18,742 bases of DNA, taken from NCBI GenBank assembly GCA_963663405.2, contig CAXXSM010000049.1:1-18742 (forward strand), read 5' to 3'. The position numbers and the translations under genes were made by a program. The notes beneath the pieces are model-generated. The model was not told the origin of the DNA and made no database searches. It worked only from the letters and a program-made list of their open reading frames with translations. Source of the DNA: a bacterium (GTDB lineage: Bacteria; Hinthialibacterota; Hinthialibacteria; Hinthialibacterales; Hinthialibacteraceae). Below are positions 17,416-18,742 of the stretch, in pieces (position 1 is the stretch's first letter; each line of letters starts with the position of its first letter).

Positions 17416-18742
17416 TTAAAACTGAAAGTACAAGAAGGGATTGAATGTCTGGGCGAACATGGCGGTCAGCGAAAATCCAAAGAGAAGGATTAATAACACC
17501 ACGCGGGTCCATGTTAACCGCTCCACCCAATCAAACGCCTGCACATTCTGAAAAGCCAGCGCCGCGCAAAGCGCCATGATGATGAAATTGCCCTGCGTGT
17601 AAATTTCCGCCGCCAAGAGACTCGCTCCGCCGTTCATTCCATAAACGCCGAACATCGCGCCGAAATATTGGATCGCGCCATCCAGCGTGGGACAGCGGAA
17701 CAAAACCCAAGAGAACAACACCAGCACAAACGTAATCCCAACACGGACGAACCGGGGCAGTTTCTCATAAACGCTCTTTTTCCCCCGCCAACGCTCGAAC
17801 GCCAAGAGCAACCCATGATAGGCGCCCCAAATCACAAAGACCCAGCTGGCCCCATGCCAGAGGCCGCCAAGGAGCATGACGATTGTGAGATTGGCGTAGG
17901 TCCGTCTCTCTCCCAGCCGGTTGCCTCCCAGCGGGATATACAAATAATCACGCAGGAACGTCGAGAGAGAGATGTGCCAGCGGCGCCAGAAATCGGTGAT
18001 GCTGTCGGCGTGATAGGGCGCGTTAAAATTGCGGGGGAACTCGAATCCCAACATCCGGCCCAATCCAATGGCCATATCTGAATAGGCTGAAAAATCGAAA
18101 TAGATCTGAAACGCGTACGCCGTCACGCCGAACCAGGCGTCAAAGGTTCCCGGCGCTTCCGCCGCGAAGACAGCGTCCGCCGCTTTCCCGATCGTATTGG
18201 CCAACAGCAGTTTTTTCGCGAAGCCCAAAATAAACAAAGCAACGCCGGAGGCGAATTTATTGAACGTATGCGAACGGGATACCAGCTGATCCGCGATGGT
18301 GTTGTACCGCACAATCGGTCCGGCGATCAATTGCGGGAAGAGCGCGACAAAACAAGCAAAATCGCTAAACGATCGCACAGGTGGAGCCACACCCCGATAC
18401 ACATCAACGGTGTAACTGATGCTCTGAAAGATAAAGAATGAGATCCCGACCGGTAAGATGATCTCAATCACCGAGAATCCATCCGATCCGAACCACGACA
18501 CTATCCAATTCACGTTATGCTGGAAAAACATAAAGTACTTAAAAAAACCCAGCAAACTGAGACTCACCGCTACGGATATGTACAACGCGATCCGGCGCCG
18601 GGGATGGTTTTCCGGCGCTTGGGCGATCACATGTCCACCGATATAATTGATCATCGTAGCGATGAACATCAGAAAAACGAACCACGGATCCCACCACCCA
18701 TAAAAAATATAACTGGCGGCCAGGAGAAAAAGGTTGCGATAT
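17416..18742 (-). CDS. algI: MBOAT O-acyltransferase, AlgI/PatA/DltB type; 5' end lies beyond the window
   Basis: The frame stays open upstream of 18669 to the window edge (YRNLFLLAASYIFYGWWDPWFVFL). Motifs LPVGISFF, FPQLIAGPIVR, QIYFDFSAYSDMAIG, FWRRWHISLS, GLWHGA (catalytic His) and C-terminal FLYFQF. Confidence 0.95.
   Translation of the reverse strand, partial: YRNLFLLAASYIFYGWWDPWFVFLMFIATMINYIGGHVIAQAPENHPRRRIALYISVAVSLSLLGFFKYFMFFQHNVNWIVSWFGSDGFSVIEIILPVGISFFIFQSISYTVDVYRGVAPPVRSFSDFACFVALFPQLIAGPIVRYNTIADQLVSRSHTFNKFASGVALFILGFAKKLLLANTIGKAADAVFAAEAPGTFDAWFGVTAYAFQIYFDFSAYSDMAIGLGRMLGFEFPRNFNAPYHADSITDFWRRWHISLSTFLRDYLYIPLGGNRLGERRTYANLTIVMLLGGLWHGASWVFVIWGAYHGLLLAFERWRGKKSVYEKLPRFVRVGITFVLVLFSWVLFRCPTLDGAIQYFGAMFGVYGMNGGASLLAAEIYTQGNFIIMALCAALAFQNVQAFDWVERLTWTRVVLLILLFGFSLTAMFAQTFNPFLYFQF

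Noticed and set aside
435-18646. Numerous short opposite-strand or alternate-frame ORFs in the track (e.g. 435-677, 4506-4859, 5911-6279, 7207-7730, 15461-15838, 16833-17279, 17668-18081)
   Set aside because: They are shadow ORFs overlapping well-supported genes, with no recognisable motifs or convincing RBS.
1-18742. CRISPR array, tRNA/rRNA, transposase, integrase or prophage genes
   Set aside because: No regularly spaced repeats, tRNA cloverleafs or mobile-element protein motifs were seen on either strand.

Overview
Bacterial chromosomal window of about 15 genes, almost all on the minus strand. From the left: (1) an osmostress module with an EctR/CosR-like MarR regulator, a class I SAM methyltransferase and an OpuB/ProU-type osmoprotectant ABC transporter, with a matching pseudopalindromic operator in front of both the regulator and the methyltransferase; (2) an AT-rich DUF2971-like gene directly behind glnS; (3) glnS, a small hypothetical and a GyrI-like effector-binding protein; (4) a candidate three-way-junction RNA and a 55-aa DUF4177-like gene missed by the ORF track; (5) a ~1280-aa secreted mosaic protein (lamin-tail, choice-of-anchor X, CotH kinase, jelly-roll, beta-helix, choice-of-anchor Q, short Trp-containing tail); (6) on the plus strand, an alpha/beta hydrolase and dusB; (7) an AlgI-like MBOAT and AlgJ/AlgX-like O-acyltransferase pair followed by a secreted CE15 esterase fused to a glycoside-hydrolase-like barrel. 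Many genes between ~870 and ~11730, including glnS, are split by 1-2 bp indels while their protein motifs remain intact. This is most likely read/assembly error rather than true decay. All calls come from reading and hand-translating the sequence; no database search was run.
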